From Eledone cirrhosa (Eukaryota), in contig OZ024746.1 in NCBI GenBank assembly GCA_964016885.1, forward strand, positions 37,634,001-37,698,000: 64,000 nucleotides of DNA, in the 5' to 3' direction. The notes under the pieces were generated by a model. That model was not told where the DNA came from, did not search any database, and saw only the letters and a list, made by a program, of their open reading frames with translations. Below, piece after piece: positions 49,465 to 62,162 of the stretch. Within the stretch, counting starts at the first letter, position 1; every line of letters starts with the position of its first letter. A program made the position numbers and the translations under genes.

Positions 49465-50370
49465 CTTAGGTGACTTGGTGCAACATCACCCGTTCAGTAC
49501 CAGTATTTACCACATGTAACTGATAATACAAATGAATCACGCCTAGTTCAATTCTCCATTTTGCCTTCAACCAGCGATGCACGCCAAAAAGTCCGTCAGG
49601 CATATTCAAATTCACCGAAAAATATCCCCACTTACGAGACCTTAGACCATAAGAGAAATCGATAGGCAAGGTAGCTTGGAAGACTGGCTGGCTTCTCTAT
49701 TCACAGTCATCCACTCAACTTGAGTTATTCTGAAGATAGGGAAAAAAACCAAGCTCATCGCCATCATGAAATCCGGGTAACCTGCAGACGATCCAGTAAG
49801 CTACTGGCCAATCTCTGTCATCACTACATCATACAAGTAATTTGGAAGGTTTTTATTGGTTAGGCTTTGCCCTTTAGTAGAACCAACCAATCCTCAGGAG
49901 CAATCAGGCTTCAGGCCATAAAGGAGTTTCACTGATCAAATGTTCACTCTTACTAGCTTCATCGAGGCTAGCTACCAACGTAGTCACAAGGCAGTTGCTG
50001 TTCCGGTCGAACTTTCTCTTCTGCATACGATCATTTATGAAAACATGGTCTCTTTCTGAAAGCTTGTCGTACTACCGAGCGCCATGCAAATGTGAACGTC
50101 CTTTTCTCAATATTCAGTGTGTCACTGAGAGGTCAACAAAGTTCAACCAGAACGCTGAATGATGTCTTTCCCCAAGGTTCTGTCCTAGTACCAATGCTCG
50201 TTAGCATCTACGTGAGTAAAATGTCCTCGAGAAAATTTGCATACACAGATGACCTTGCCTTTTTTACCCAATCAACTGACTGTGACAAACTCAACTTTAC
50301 AGAAGAACTGACAAAGAAAGGGGAATTCTAATCCTACTGGCGCCTTCAACCTAATCCAGGCAAGACAAGG
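49465..50370 (+). mobile_element. Decayed LINE RT fragment (Ingi/Vingi/I-group-like)
   Basis: KSG*PADDPVSYWPIS, EQSGFRP, PQGSVLVP, RKFAYTDDLAF, YWRLQPNPGKT. The clade assignment is tentative. Confidence 0.7.
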
Positions 50371-53300
50371 AAGAGGTGTGAGGTTCATGGAATAAATCTA
50401 AATTTGCAACAAAGATCTCGTCCAGGGCGCCACATCTAAACCAGCTCTTTGAATTTCCTAGAAAGCAACGAGTGCTCCTACCAGGACAGCCCATCATCTC
50501 CATTTATGGAAATTGAAAGATAGCCCAGCATATGACTGTAGGGACCCTGCTCAGATAGTTCTGCATGTTGTTCGGATTGTCACTTCAGACGTTTATCCGG
50601 TTACCTGGAGGAAGTCCATTATTCTATAAATGGCGCCTTATTCTGGCTAACCAATCTCAATCTGTCTCTCCAACCAATGTGCATATGTGATACGATAAGA
50701 AGAAGAATACATAAACGATGTCTTCATCAATCTAGCATATGAATCTAACATAAAACGTGAATATTTTCCGACACTGTAATATGTCTTGCCCCGAAATTGC
50801 CCGAAAGTACCAACATAACATATTGTAGTACATATTGAGATCATTGTGCATTAGCGTTTTACTCTTAGGGACACGGCTTGCTGTACTGTGTCATATCTTT
50901 TTAAATTATACGAGAATCCTGGGATATTCAAAAATAACAGTTATGTTTTGTGAAAACTAAAAGATATTTATATTACAATATTAAATCACGGTGCTCAATA
51001 TTGGACTTATCTGCATCAATTAGGTGGGGCACCACGCTCCAAGCGCCGTACACCTTACAAATAATATTTTCTCCTAAGCTGATACTAATCCACTATATAA
51101 TATTTACTTTGTATAACGCATTTTCTCTTTCATTTTACCGAAAGTGTAGAAGGGTAAAATCTTGTGCCGCAAGAAAAAGCATTTAAAGTATGTGAGTGGG
51201 AAAGAATAACCAAGCAATTAATCTGTTGGTTATTGACTATTTGATATCGAACCTAATATAACATTTTGTATCTCAAAGCTCTAGATTATTTGGGTGTCAA
51301 GTCCCAATGAATCTAAATAGAAGCGTGTGACCATATTTCAATTCAATATCTTCTTATAATTGTGCTTCACCTAATACATTATTGATATGAAAGTGCATTT
51401 ATCTCAAATAATTTGTTTGCCCTCATCAAATTTCTGATTTTGTGCAAATCTACGCATATGTATCTAAATAGGTATGGAGTAGATCGTATTAAAATTATTT
51501 TTCCACGGACTTATATGATTCGTTTATATACGAGCCAGTAGACAATGTACCCTCAAAATAGGCAGCATATGCATTTGATGGAATGGATAATATGACCTAA
51601 TACTATTTTTGATTTGACTATGAATTGTAGACACTATGCCATCATGAAGAGTAAATAATCCATAAACCGTCTCGTAATTTACTACAAAGCAAATTGGAAT
51701 TAAACGAAATGCAATATAAATATCTTACATATTGATCAAATCATTCGCTTTCAGATTTCTGGCGAGAGGTGTGAGTGAATGAACAGAGTTCATAAAATAT
51801 TACAGGAAATTAAATGAGGCCGAATAGATTTTCATTCTTGCCGCATATATTCATTACTCACTAACCAATTTCTTTTGAATCAAATAATTCTTTAGTAAAA
51901 AAAAAAACATTCTTGGAGATATTTTGTGCAATCCTCAGTAAATCGTAGCGTATCTAGCAAACTCTAAACTGCTTTATTAATATTATATGTAAGTATAAAT
52001 GAACAATTAACCTGGCACTATTCTCACCTTCCCCCTGATTTTCAACTATGTCTTTGATTCATGATACCCATACATTAATTTCTCTTGAAACATAAATATC
52101 TACAAGTGTGAGGTAACAATATCGCAACTATTAATATTTTATCATTTATTGTCACTTTTATTTATCAACGTTAATATTATATCGAAAGATATAAGAAAAA
52201 CATATTCTCATACAATATTAATAGACACTAAATACTATATACATGAGGTTTTATTATAGTATTTACCGTTGTTCATTAAACAATAAACATTGTATACTTG
52301 AGATTCGCTTCTTTATATTGAATTCCTGCACGCCGATAACTTAAATTGACACACCAAGACGATTTTCTAGACTGTATTTTCTTTTTTTCATTAATTGTAA
52401 TCCGTATCACGTTGGATTTGCAATAGCCTTGCAAAATATATCACCTGCATCAATTTAGAATCACTGATTTTAAATTTATGAGTATATTACAAAGAATTTG
52501 CTCATATCTGAAGACATATAAACGACGTAAATAGTCACTTATATGGATGGGTAGTATTATCTGAGTTGTTCCGAATGATTTTTTATGGGGGGGGGGGGGG
52601 GGGCACACTATCCACGTGAATTAGAAGTTACCTCTTTCTAGCAGACGTTTCAGGGAAAGATTCTTGCAAATTTCTTACCAGCTGAACCCAAAACGTAATT
52701 GACTCACAATTGGTTCAAGTACAAACTGTTTTGTTGCATTTCATGCATCGAAATACCATGTTCCAGAAATGTGTTCTTCTCATTAAATGTAAGACCAGAG
52801 ATGACCGTAGCAGATTTCACATCGTTAACGTATAGCAGTGCTTCGTCGGGTACGTCTTCAGAAACCCTTAGAGGGAAACGTATTGACTTCAGTTTTGTTA
52901 TCCAGCAGACTCCACCAATTCGACAAAATTCCCCAAACCATGTCCACAACCTGACAAGACAGTCTGTTCCGCAACCTAACATTTTCGTAATGGTTTCGTT
53001 TCAGTCTGTTTGGGAGTGCAATAGGAACACTTTCTTTTTAAAAACTTCGTTCCAGTCCTGTTTCTCCTAGAAATCTGTACCAAGCAAAGGATCATACAAC
53101 ATAAGTATGAGTCGTTCAGCGACAGTAGCTGATGGACCTCGTACATTTCTTTCTATGTTCACATTTGAAAAGTCATTAGCTTAAATTGTTTATAATTCAA
53201 TCATGTTACCAATTCGTCTTCCTTCAGTATGCCAATAACGTTCATTTCTGAGACGCTTTTGACAGTGGTGTAATTCCCGTGTGCAGACACAATCTTCCTG

Positions 53301-54272
53301 TTTCCCAGTTCTAGCAGATTGCTGCGAAACACATCCAAATTCATCAGGAATTATTCAACGCCTATTATTTATAAGAGCAGTGAGAGCGATCATTTCTCTT
53401 ATGCACATCAGCACCCGATTGACCGGCGTGAGACTTCTAATGCAATGCAAGATATATCAGACCACTTTCAACTGCATGGTGAAATGTACAGAAAGAGTAC
53501 ATACAATTAGTTGGATATTCATATAAATCGGAATATTTTACTCCTGATCAGCATCTCAGAGCCATTATTATCTCAATTCTTTTTATAGGCTCTATAATAT
53601 ACTCAACCAGAAAATGCATAATACCTACCGAATATTTTCCTATCAGATTCACTATTGTGCATTGTATGTCCCATTGCAACTGGAACTCGCGACATTGGAC
53701 GGCAATCACTAATCTCTTTTAAGAGCACCCGACTTAAGCAGAAGTTTGCAACCTATGTGTTAGCCTCAAAAGAACATTTGAGTGATCTAATCTGATAAAT
53801 ACCTAATTTTATATCGCGACTTCCTTGCTAAACAAGCTGCAAGTCTAGATACGTGTCAAATACTCGCATGGTTATATCCATATATGTGATTCTCTATGTG
53901 GCATTTTGTTCAAATTTAAGCGTTATTTTGGGAGAAATGTATATTATAATAGGTTTAATTTGGATTCTATTGTACGAGCCTCCGGTCTTGTCCTGAGTAT
54001 GGGTTGACGTTACACAGTTTGAATGAGGGTGGACCTTACAAATTTTGAATTTGATGTGCGAATATATTCATAGGAAAATAATGACAACTGTATGAATGGG
54101 ATATGTAGACATTTCATTGATCACAACGAATAGTGTTTTCCAGTCCACCAGTTCTCCAACATTTGGCAGATCTACAATATATCTAGTGTGATATAGGCAC
54201 AGATTTTTGTATGAAAACCAAATTGGTTTTCCTGGTGTAATTACTTGAGTGCCAACACCAGATTAATGTAAA

Positions 54273-54332
<60 letters not shown>

Positions 54333-56080
54333 GATGCACTTTACTCTGGTGACCTATTCACGTTTGGGAATGGTACGTCAGAATAGCGGTTACATCTTAG
54401 CCTCTACATCGATCAGTCGTATGCTATTTAAAATAGTGCTTCCAAGTCCGTATATTACCGTGGATATCTAATCAGAATTATATGCGAATCAGTTTTACAT
54501 GGTCCTAGATTGGTACTTTATTTCGCCCAATTGAAATGAGAATATCCCACGTAATGAAGGGGCTGTGTGTATCACTAGCTATTCTCCTAGTGAAGACTTT
54601 CTTCATATTGTGTACGGGGCACAGTTGAGATAGCCAATACCCTATATTCCCTCGCATACACTTTTCTTCTATTTGTTATGAATATTATTATCAATATATT
54701 AAAAGAATACTTTTTTCTTAGCAATTCCATGGAGTGTTTCTGGTTTACCTCATTCTCGCTTTTATGATGTCGATCCAGCATGGCAGTGCATTTCCTGCTC
54801 ATTTTCTTATTCTTATTGTTATTATATCTGTTACTCTTGCCCCTGAACCTGGCGATGGCTGTTCAAATGGTAGTGGAAACGGTGTCACTTCGGTCTCGTG
54901 CGAGTCACAAATATAATAGTCATCTACCTTTTAGTGGATATCGTGGTATTACTTGTATTGGTGGAGCTTTGTAACCTGATAATGTTTTTTCTTCTCTATT
55001 TTTCTTCTAAAATTCCAAAGTCATATTTCATAACAAACTTCACACATTTAAGGCAAACGACCGGGAAATAACCATTTTTTTATATTTCTAGTCACCTCAT
55101 AAAAATCATAAATGACAACATTGGAGCACTGACAGGGACATGTGTTGTAACATTATGCTAAAATCAACCAGAGCAAAAATCAGTGTGAAAATGTGTAGCA
55201 AGGTTTGAATATTGTTTGGATATATACATTGCATATTCAACTCGTTTGCCTATTTAAATTCTTACCTATTCTGGGATATCTAAAGCAAATATAAAAACAA
55301 ATTCATGGCATCTTAACTTGCTTATTGTAAATCGACCTGCTGTCTCATTGTCATAGAAAATTAAGTCAAGATGTTTGTATAGCATTGATATAAAGGCCAA
55401 AGAACTGCATTCTAGAAAGTAGCAAACGTGAAAGAGAATATGCTTGAGGCGTGTTTATTAAATTGCACCATGTTACTGAATTGCCGTCAATCTCCATCAG
55501 GGTTTTTCTCTAGCATCATCACAATATTGTGGGCGTTGGAAAAGTTGAAAATCCAAATTACTATGACACACACAGGAGCATAAATGCAGAGGTGAAAGAA
55601 AAATATCCTCGGCGGGAAATCATGACCTTGATACTAAACTAAATTGTGCCAACTATCTATTTCTAAATATACAGCGTCGAACAAACAAAGCACTATAATA
55701 TATTACATAGAATATATAATCCCCATTTCGCGTGAATTATTTATTCATGATGATAAGAAAACTAACCAATATATTGATGAAAATGAAAAGAAGGCTGAAT
55801 GTCTCATTTGAGACATTCAAAATGGTTATTATAAGAAACTTACACTTCTGTTTGATTAAAATTATATTTGTATTCATTCGCTTTAAATGACATTTACTAT
55901 TCACTGTAACTTCGATAATCTAAATGTCTCCCTTGAGAAATATGATTAACGGGAGAGTTGTTTGAATAGACTAGTCCAAAAAAGTAATGTATATATATAG
56001 ATCGTAGATAAAAACAATAAGCTTCAATAAATAATGATCGCAGGAAACATACAGACATTTTATATAAAACAGAAACAAAA

Positions 56081-56082
<2 letters not shown>

Positions 56083-56138
<56 letters not shown>

Positions 56139-56252
56139 GTATATATATTTATATATGTATATGTATATATATTTATATATGTATATGTATATATATTTAT
56201 ATATGTATATATATCTATATATGTATATATATGTATATATATGTATATATAT

Positions 56253-56300
<48 letters not shown>
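56083..56300. repeat. (TA)n-derived tract
   Basis: Read directly. Confidence 0.95.
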
Positions 56301-56309
56301 TTATTAACG

Positions 56310-56700
56310 GTTGCTCAGCCGTTAATTTTCATAAGGAACGTATATACTTTCGAACGTTCAACTATCTGGCAGATGGGTAAACGGTGCTGATGATAGCTAA
56401 CAAGCTTGAAACTAGTACATCTTTCCTGTGTCAGTGTTGAACAAAAAGGTGACGTGGTTGCCTTAACACCGTATGGCATAAATTCAGGCTGTTCAGTTTG
56501 TTTACAAACGAACAAAGCGGCGTTATAATAAGCGTCCGCTAAACTGATGCGTGGATATATGTATGTATGTGTATATATATATATACATATATATGCATGC
56601 TACTGTACGTCTGTATACATATATGTATGTACGTATACATACATACTTACATTTAAGTAAGTGCCATACTAAGAGTGAGAAATGAAATTTCGTTTTCATT
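56310..56700 (+). mobile_element. Circularly permuted copy of the 8560-9345 hammerhead cassette
   Basis: 56310-56527 matches 9172-9345 plus the terminus seen inverted at 8560-8590; 56595-56700 matches ~9012-9110. Confidence 0.8.
56383..56421 (+). ncRNA. Minimal type I hammerhead ribozyme
   Basis: GGTG-CTGATGA-TAGCTAACAAGCTT-GAAA-CTAG-TA-CATC; predicted cut after 56417. Confidence 0.8.
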
Positions 56701-56710
56701 TTTTTCAACT

Positions 56711-57153
<443 letters not shown>

Positions 57154-57315
57154 TATTTATGTTTACCGTTTAGTTACTGATAGTTCACTTGTTTCCGAAC
57201 TTAAAGCTAATATGTGTAATATTTGGTCCGGCTACCATGTGCGATTCTACGTTCGGTTATCAATATAACATTATCATATTATATGGACCTACTCGCAAAC
57301 ACACACGCATATATA

Positions 57316-57378
<63 letters not shown>

Positions 57379-57904
57379 ACATAACATTGAACAATGGAAC
57401 CCATTTGGACAATACATACCAGTTTCGTAATGCTTTGTTTTTTTTATCGTAGTGAATAATAAGTATAATTTATGCATCGAAATAATTAATCTACTCTGCC
57501 GAACATTCTGAAAGCCAACGGACCTGGAACTCAATTTAAAAGATACAAATTATATAGCAAAATAGCGATCCACAATATTCGGGTTAACATGTAAAGTGGT
57601 GGCGAAATCGTGAAAACATATGAAAACCTATTGAATACAATCTCCACGCCATATAATTTCATGTACGTTCTGCTTTGCTTTCCATATTTCCTATGTCGTC
57701 CTCCCCTGTGTTCCATACTCTGCATTTGTTTCAGTTCCCTCTTGTAAAATACTACAGAACATTGTATTCACTGTGAACTCAGATAGACCAGTATTACTGA
57801 AGGTAGGAGTTGAGCATACGTAGGTCAAAAGTATGTAAGTCAATCTCGATTGTCGACGTGCTAGGATTTTTGGTTCTTGTTACCATACTGTCTCAATCCC
57901 CATT

Positions 57905-57950
57905 CCTTCATTTCTGTCCTTTTGTCAGGTTTTAATTGGCCTGTTGTCAA

Positions 57951-58031
<81 letters not shown>

Positions 58032-58035
58032 ATGC

Positions 58036-58089
<54 letters not shown>

Positions 58090-58184
58090 GTACGTTCATT
58101 TCTGTTCTTTTGTCATGTTTTAATTGGCCTGTTGTCAATATATATATATGTATATGCCTATATACACATATATATATATGTATA

Positions 58185-58270
<86 letters not shown>
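57905..58270. repeat. Duplicated ~45-bp unit, each copy followed by (TA)n
   Basis: ttcatttctgt.cttttgtca.gttttaattggcctgttgtcaat at ~57907 and ~58095. Confidence 0.85.
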
Positions 58271-58272
<2 letters not shown>

Positions 58273-59139
58273 ATTATTTTCGAATTATTTTTGCAAGTCG
58301 ACAGATGTGAAAAGTTTTGATGAAACAGATATTGTTTCACTTTAATTAAATAATACATTCATCAATTAGATAGGCATCGAATCCATTCCTAATCGTTAGC
58401 AAACTTCATCATTCATTCTTAAATATCTTTCGTCACAAGTTTTTTTTTTATTTCTCAATGACCTTTATTGCTCTTTTTTGTCTCCTCTTTCTTTTTATAT
58501 TATTCTACTAACTCCATAAGGATTGGAGAGATGGAGCGATAAACAAGAAATAAAGTGAATATGAATGTGATGCATACAGACGGCTGTTGTGAGAAACTAT
58601 AACGAGGACCAGAGTTTTTAGTGAAGATATGAAAAGCATGGAGAGAAGGCTCGAGTAAATTAAACCGGAAGACAAATATATATTGAAGAGAACAACTTAG
58701 AGATTTAAAAGCAAGTTAATTAGATATATAATATATAATAAAAGATTAGGGGGGTATCCGAATGTGAAAACGAAAGGGGACCTACGACAAGAAAATAAGA
58801 AAGACAGAAACATAGGGATTTTGATGTAATAAAAAGGGAATACTATATTTCATAATTTTTACTGCACGAATACATTAATTTATACAAATTATACAAACAC
58901 ACAATACTATTTTTACCCATGACAAATACTCTGAAAGCAAAGTAAGGATTTTTCAAATTTACTAGTCTGTTTCCAGAGTAAAATATCTAGATTCATTCCT
59001 TACTTAATTAAGGTTAATATTCTATCTAAAAAGTCCCATAAATTCTGCGCTTTTAATACGGTTTTGAGTAGTTACAAAAGCAGTCTCGCGTTTGAATATC
59101 AACGAAGTCATTAATAAAAAGTGATTTACTCTACACCCA

Positions 59140-59535
59140 TCCATGGGATGCTACTTGCAGCGACACTTTCTCCAGCCGCAACTTGGTACAGTCTGCCACT
59201 AACCCAGGTTCTACCACACTTCGGGATGAGGAGGGAAAACTCTCCAAGTACCGGTCGCACTCCGACAGGTTTGCGGTCGTGCCCTTAGCAGAGGAGACTT
59301 CGGGTGTACTTGGGCCTAGGGCTACCTCCTTACTTATCACTATAAGTGCTGAGCTGGCTAACCGCAGATGTGAGCCTCGCGAGACGAATGGCTCTTCCAT
59401 GCGCATCGCCCTTACCATCCTCACGGGAAACGCCTTCTCCATTATGTCCACCGGGCCTGTGGGGCGGCTAGCACGTGGGACCCCATCTGCTCATTATACA
59501 GAGAGATGGCGAGGGCGAGGGAGATGGAGGCGATG
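59140..59535 (+). mobile_element. CRE-clade element, 3' fragment
   Basis: WDATCSDT...EEGKLSKYRSHSDRFAVVPLA.ETSGVLGPRA...RIALTILTGNAFSI. Confidence 0.8.
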
Positions 59536-60340
59536 ACAGTGTGCCAGATCATTCCAAATAACTATCTCATGTTATTTGTACACAAGTGTATCAACCAATG
59601 ATTTCCTTTCAAAAAATAATGTTGCATTGTGTATAGTGCTTCTGTCAACTCTTGTACTCACGAACAATATTCCAATATTATTATATAAGGTTCGTGTTCT
59701 TTATTCCTTTCACCCCGGTGATTGTGAAGAAACATATTAATATTTTGGGTAAGAACATAACTCATATTCTGAATGAAACATTATCTAAAGTGGTTTATGC
59801 ACATAATGTCCCTTTTAATCAACAGATCAAGTTGCACAATCTGATAAATCAAAACCTTGTTATGAAATCAACAAAACTGCATATCACGTATATATGTCAT
59901 ACTCCACAACTATCAAATATAATAACATATACAAGTGAACATCCTAAAGGATTTTGACATCGAAAGACAAAAGTTAATCAACCCTGATTTGGAATTTACA
60001 TCACAATAGATGCATTCACAATTCAGCAATCATGTTTCAAATGTACAGCCCATGAGATTAATAAGGTATAACTTTGAAATATAATTTTTATTAAAAAAAT
60101 GAAAGTGTCTTTTGTGGTTATGAAAACGTAAAAAGAAGGTAATTGAAAGGCAAGTGTTCTAAGATCAGAGAAGAATGGAAGGATGGCGTTGGGCTCTATG
60201 CTAACGGCGTGGTGGTATTAGGGCTGCGCCCAGCAGGCAAGACTGCAAAAGCATTCTCGTGAACAAGTTTACAAACTCATCTATTGGACTAATAAATCCA
60301 CTAAAAAGTAATGTAGAATTAATCAGTTACTAGATATAAT

Positions 60341-60557
60341 TTTCTCTAGTTTAGGCACAAGGCCAGCAATTTGAAGGGTAATGGAAGGCTATTTAAATAG
60401 ACCTTAGGGCATTACCAGTGCTCTATCTATGGACCCCGTAAGGAATTTAAGGTAAAGCGAAACTCGGCGGGATTTCAACTCAGAACATAAAGGGCCGCAA
60501 CTTTATGCCACGGAGCATGGGGACCGACGATTTACCGATATTGCCAATCCACCACCA
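60341..60557 (-). mobile_element. SINE (family S1) with 13-bp target-site duplication
   Basis: Matches 39841-40030; direct repeat TACTAGATATAAT at 60328-60340 and 60558-60570. Confidence 0.85.
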
Positions 60558-61796
60558 TACTAGATATAATGATAGTCAAAACTGAAATATGTCTCGTCAA
60601 ATATCATGTGATATAATACTCAATCCATTATTGAATAAGAATTCATATTCCCAGAACATATTAACTTTAACTGCAGTTTGATAACAGGAATGCCTGCCTG
60701 CATCTCTAAACAACCCTCCACATGAATTACCTTAATATTTAAACATTATAACACACATAAAGCATTCTTAACTAGAAGGTATATCGCATGTATGAAAATA
60801 TCTAGTTAGATCCTCATCCTAATCCTTCTGGATAACAAGCAAAAATCATCTAGGCTCCTTGAATTTCTACCAGCAGACATATTTATTCAGACTTCGAATA
60901 CATATTATTCTCATATCCTGTCCTATAACGGGAATATGAAGGTATTAGATATTCGAGTACTTGTGATGCCATATGCATGTCCCGTTTAAATCAAACCATA
61001 GATAATTTCAATCACTCAAATTCATCCAATATATACATGAGGTAGGATATCGTATAACCTAGAGACACTGACAGTATGAATACAACGTGTTTATATGTGG
61101 CTATATTTGGTATCAACCCAATCAGAAACATGGTTTTCCCTTGCACGTTGCTGCCAATCATTATATGCTATATACAGGGTCAAAGACGTCCATGTGAATT
61201 TCATGTACTGTTTAGATGCTCGAACTCAAGAAGGGGATGCATCTCATGGGCATGTATTATCTGTTCTTGGTGGGAGGAAATACACTGTTCCTATCGGCTG
61301 GGATTTGAATTTCTCTCATGGAAAAAACTTTGGAATTCTCAGTTCGACTGATGAATTATTCAATGAGTGAACGCATTCTAATGTTATTAGAGGTACCGAC
61401 TTTTGAGCTACAAAATATATTTCCCTTCACTATATTTTGTTGAAATTTTAGATTTCAGTAAATGTTTTGCGTTACATAGAAACACATAGGGTTTAAATCC
61501 CTCTCACATCCTTTACACTTCATAACACACATTAATGCATTACAGGAACGAACGTGTATGTATATATTCATATAAAATCTCGTAAAATCTATAAACGTCT
61601 TTTACCTCCTCTCGGTGGATGCATTTGATTCGGGTGGGGTGTATAACCATAATGTTATTGTTTGTTGAATATGCATGCGTAAACAGTTTGGAATTCATAA
61701 GTAACTTTCGAATCTCAGTAAACAAAAAGCGTAGTTATTTCGTTCAATTTTCCTTTGAGAATGAGAATTGTCTGTAGAATTGTTAAAAGATAGAGT

Positions 61797-61797
61797 G

Positions 61798-61877
<80 letters not shown>
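61797..61877. repeat. (TAG)n microsatellite
   Basis: Read directly. Confidence 0.96.
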
Positions 61878-61878
<1 letters not shown>

Positions 61879-62098
61879 ACAACAGAAGCAGCAGCCGCAG
61901 CAATATGAGTAGCTTTAGGAATAGTGTGTGGAAGAGCATACACTCACGGAGGTAGACAGCACATTTAAGGAGTTGCTTGACAACTTTAAAGAGGATATTT
62001 AATTAAAAACTTCAGATATAACTTCGAAAGTTTGTCTATTAAATGTTGAGTTCGCCAAAATATTGATATCGTTTGTGTTTCTATACCCGTTTTGCATT

Positions 62099-62099
62099 A

Positions 62100-62162
<63 letters not shown>

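Noticed and set aside
54734-54974. Short hydrophobic ORFs resembling secreted peptides
   Set aside because: The 54734 ORF starts at GTG; neither ORF has homology or splice support, and such ORFs are expected by chance in T-rich DNA.
57790-57845. CTGAAGG...AAAA hammerhead-like string (also CTGATGA...GAAC at ~61348 and CTGAAGA...GAAG at ~52860 minus)
   Set aside because: Core nucleotides are wrong and the stems do not pair convincingly.
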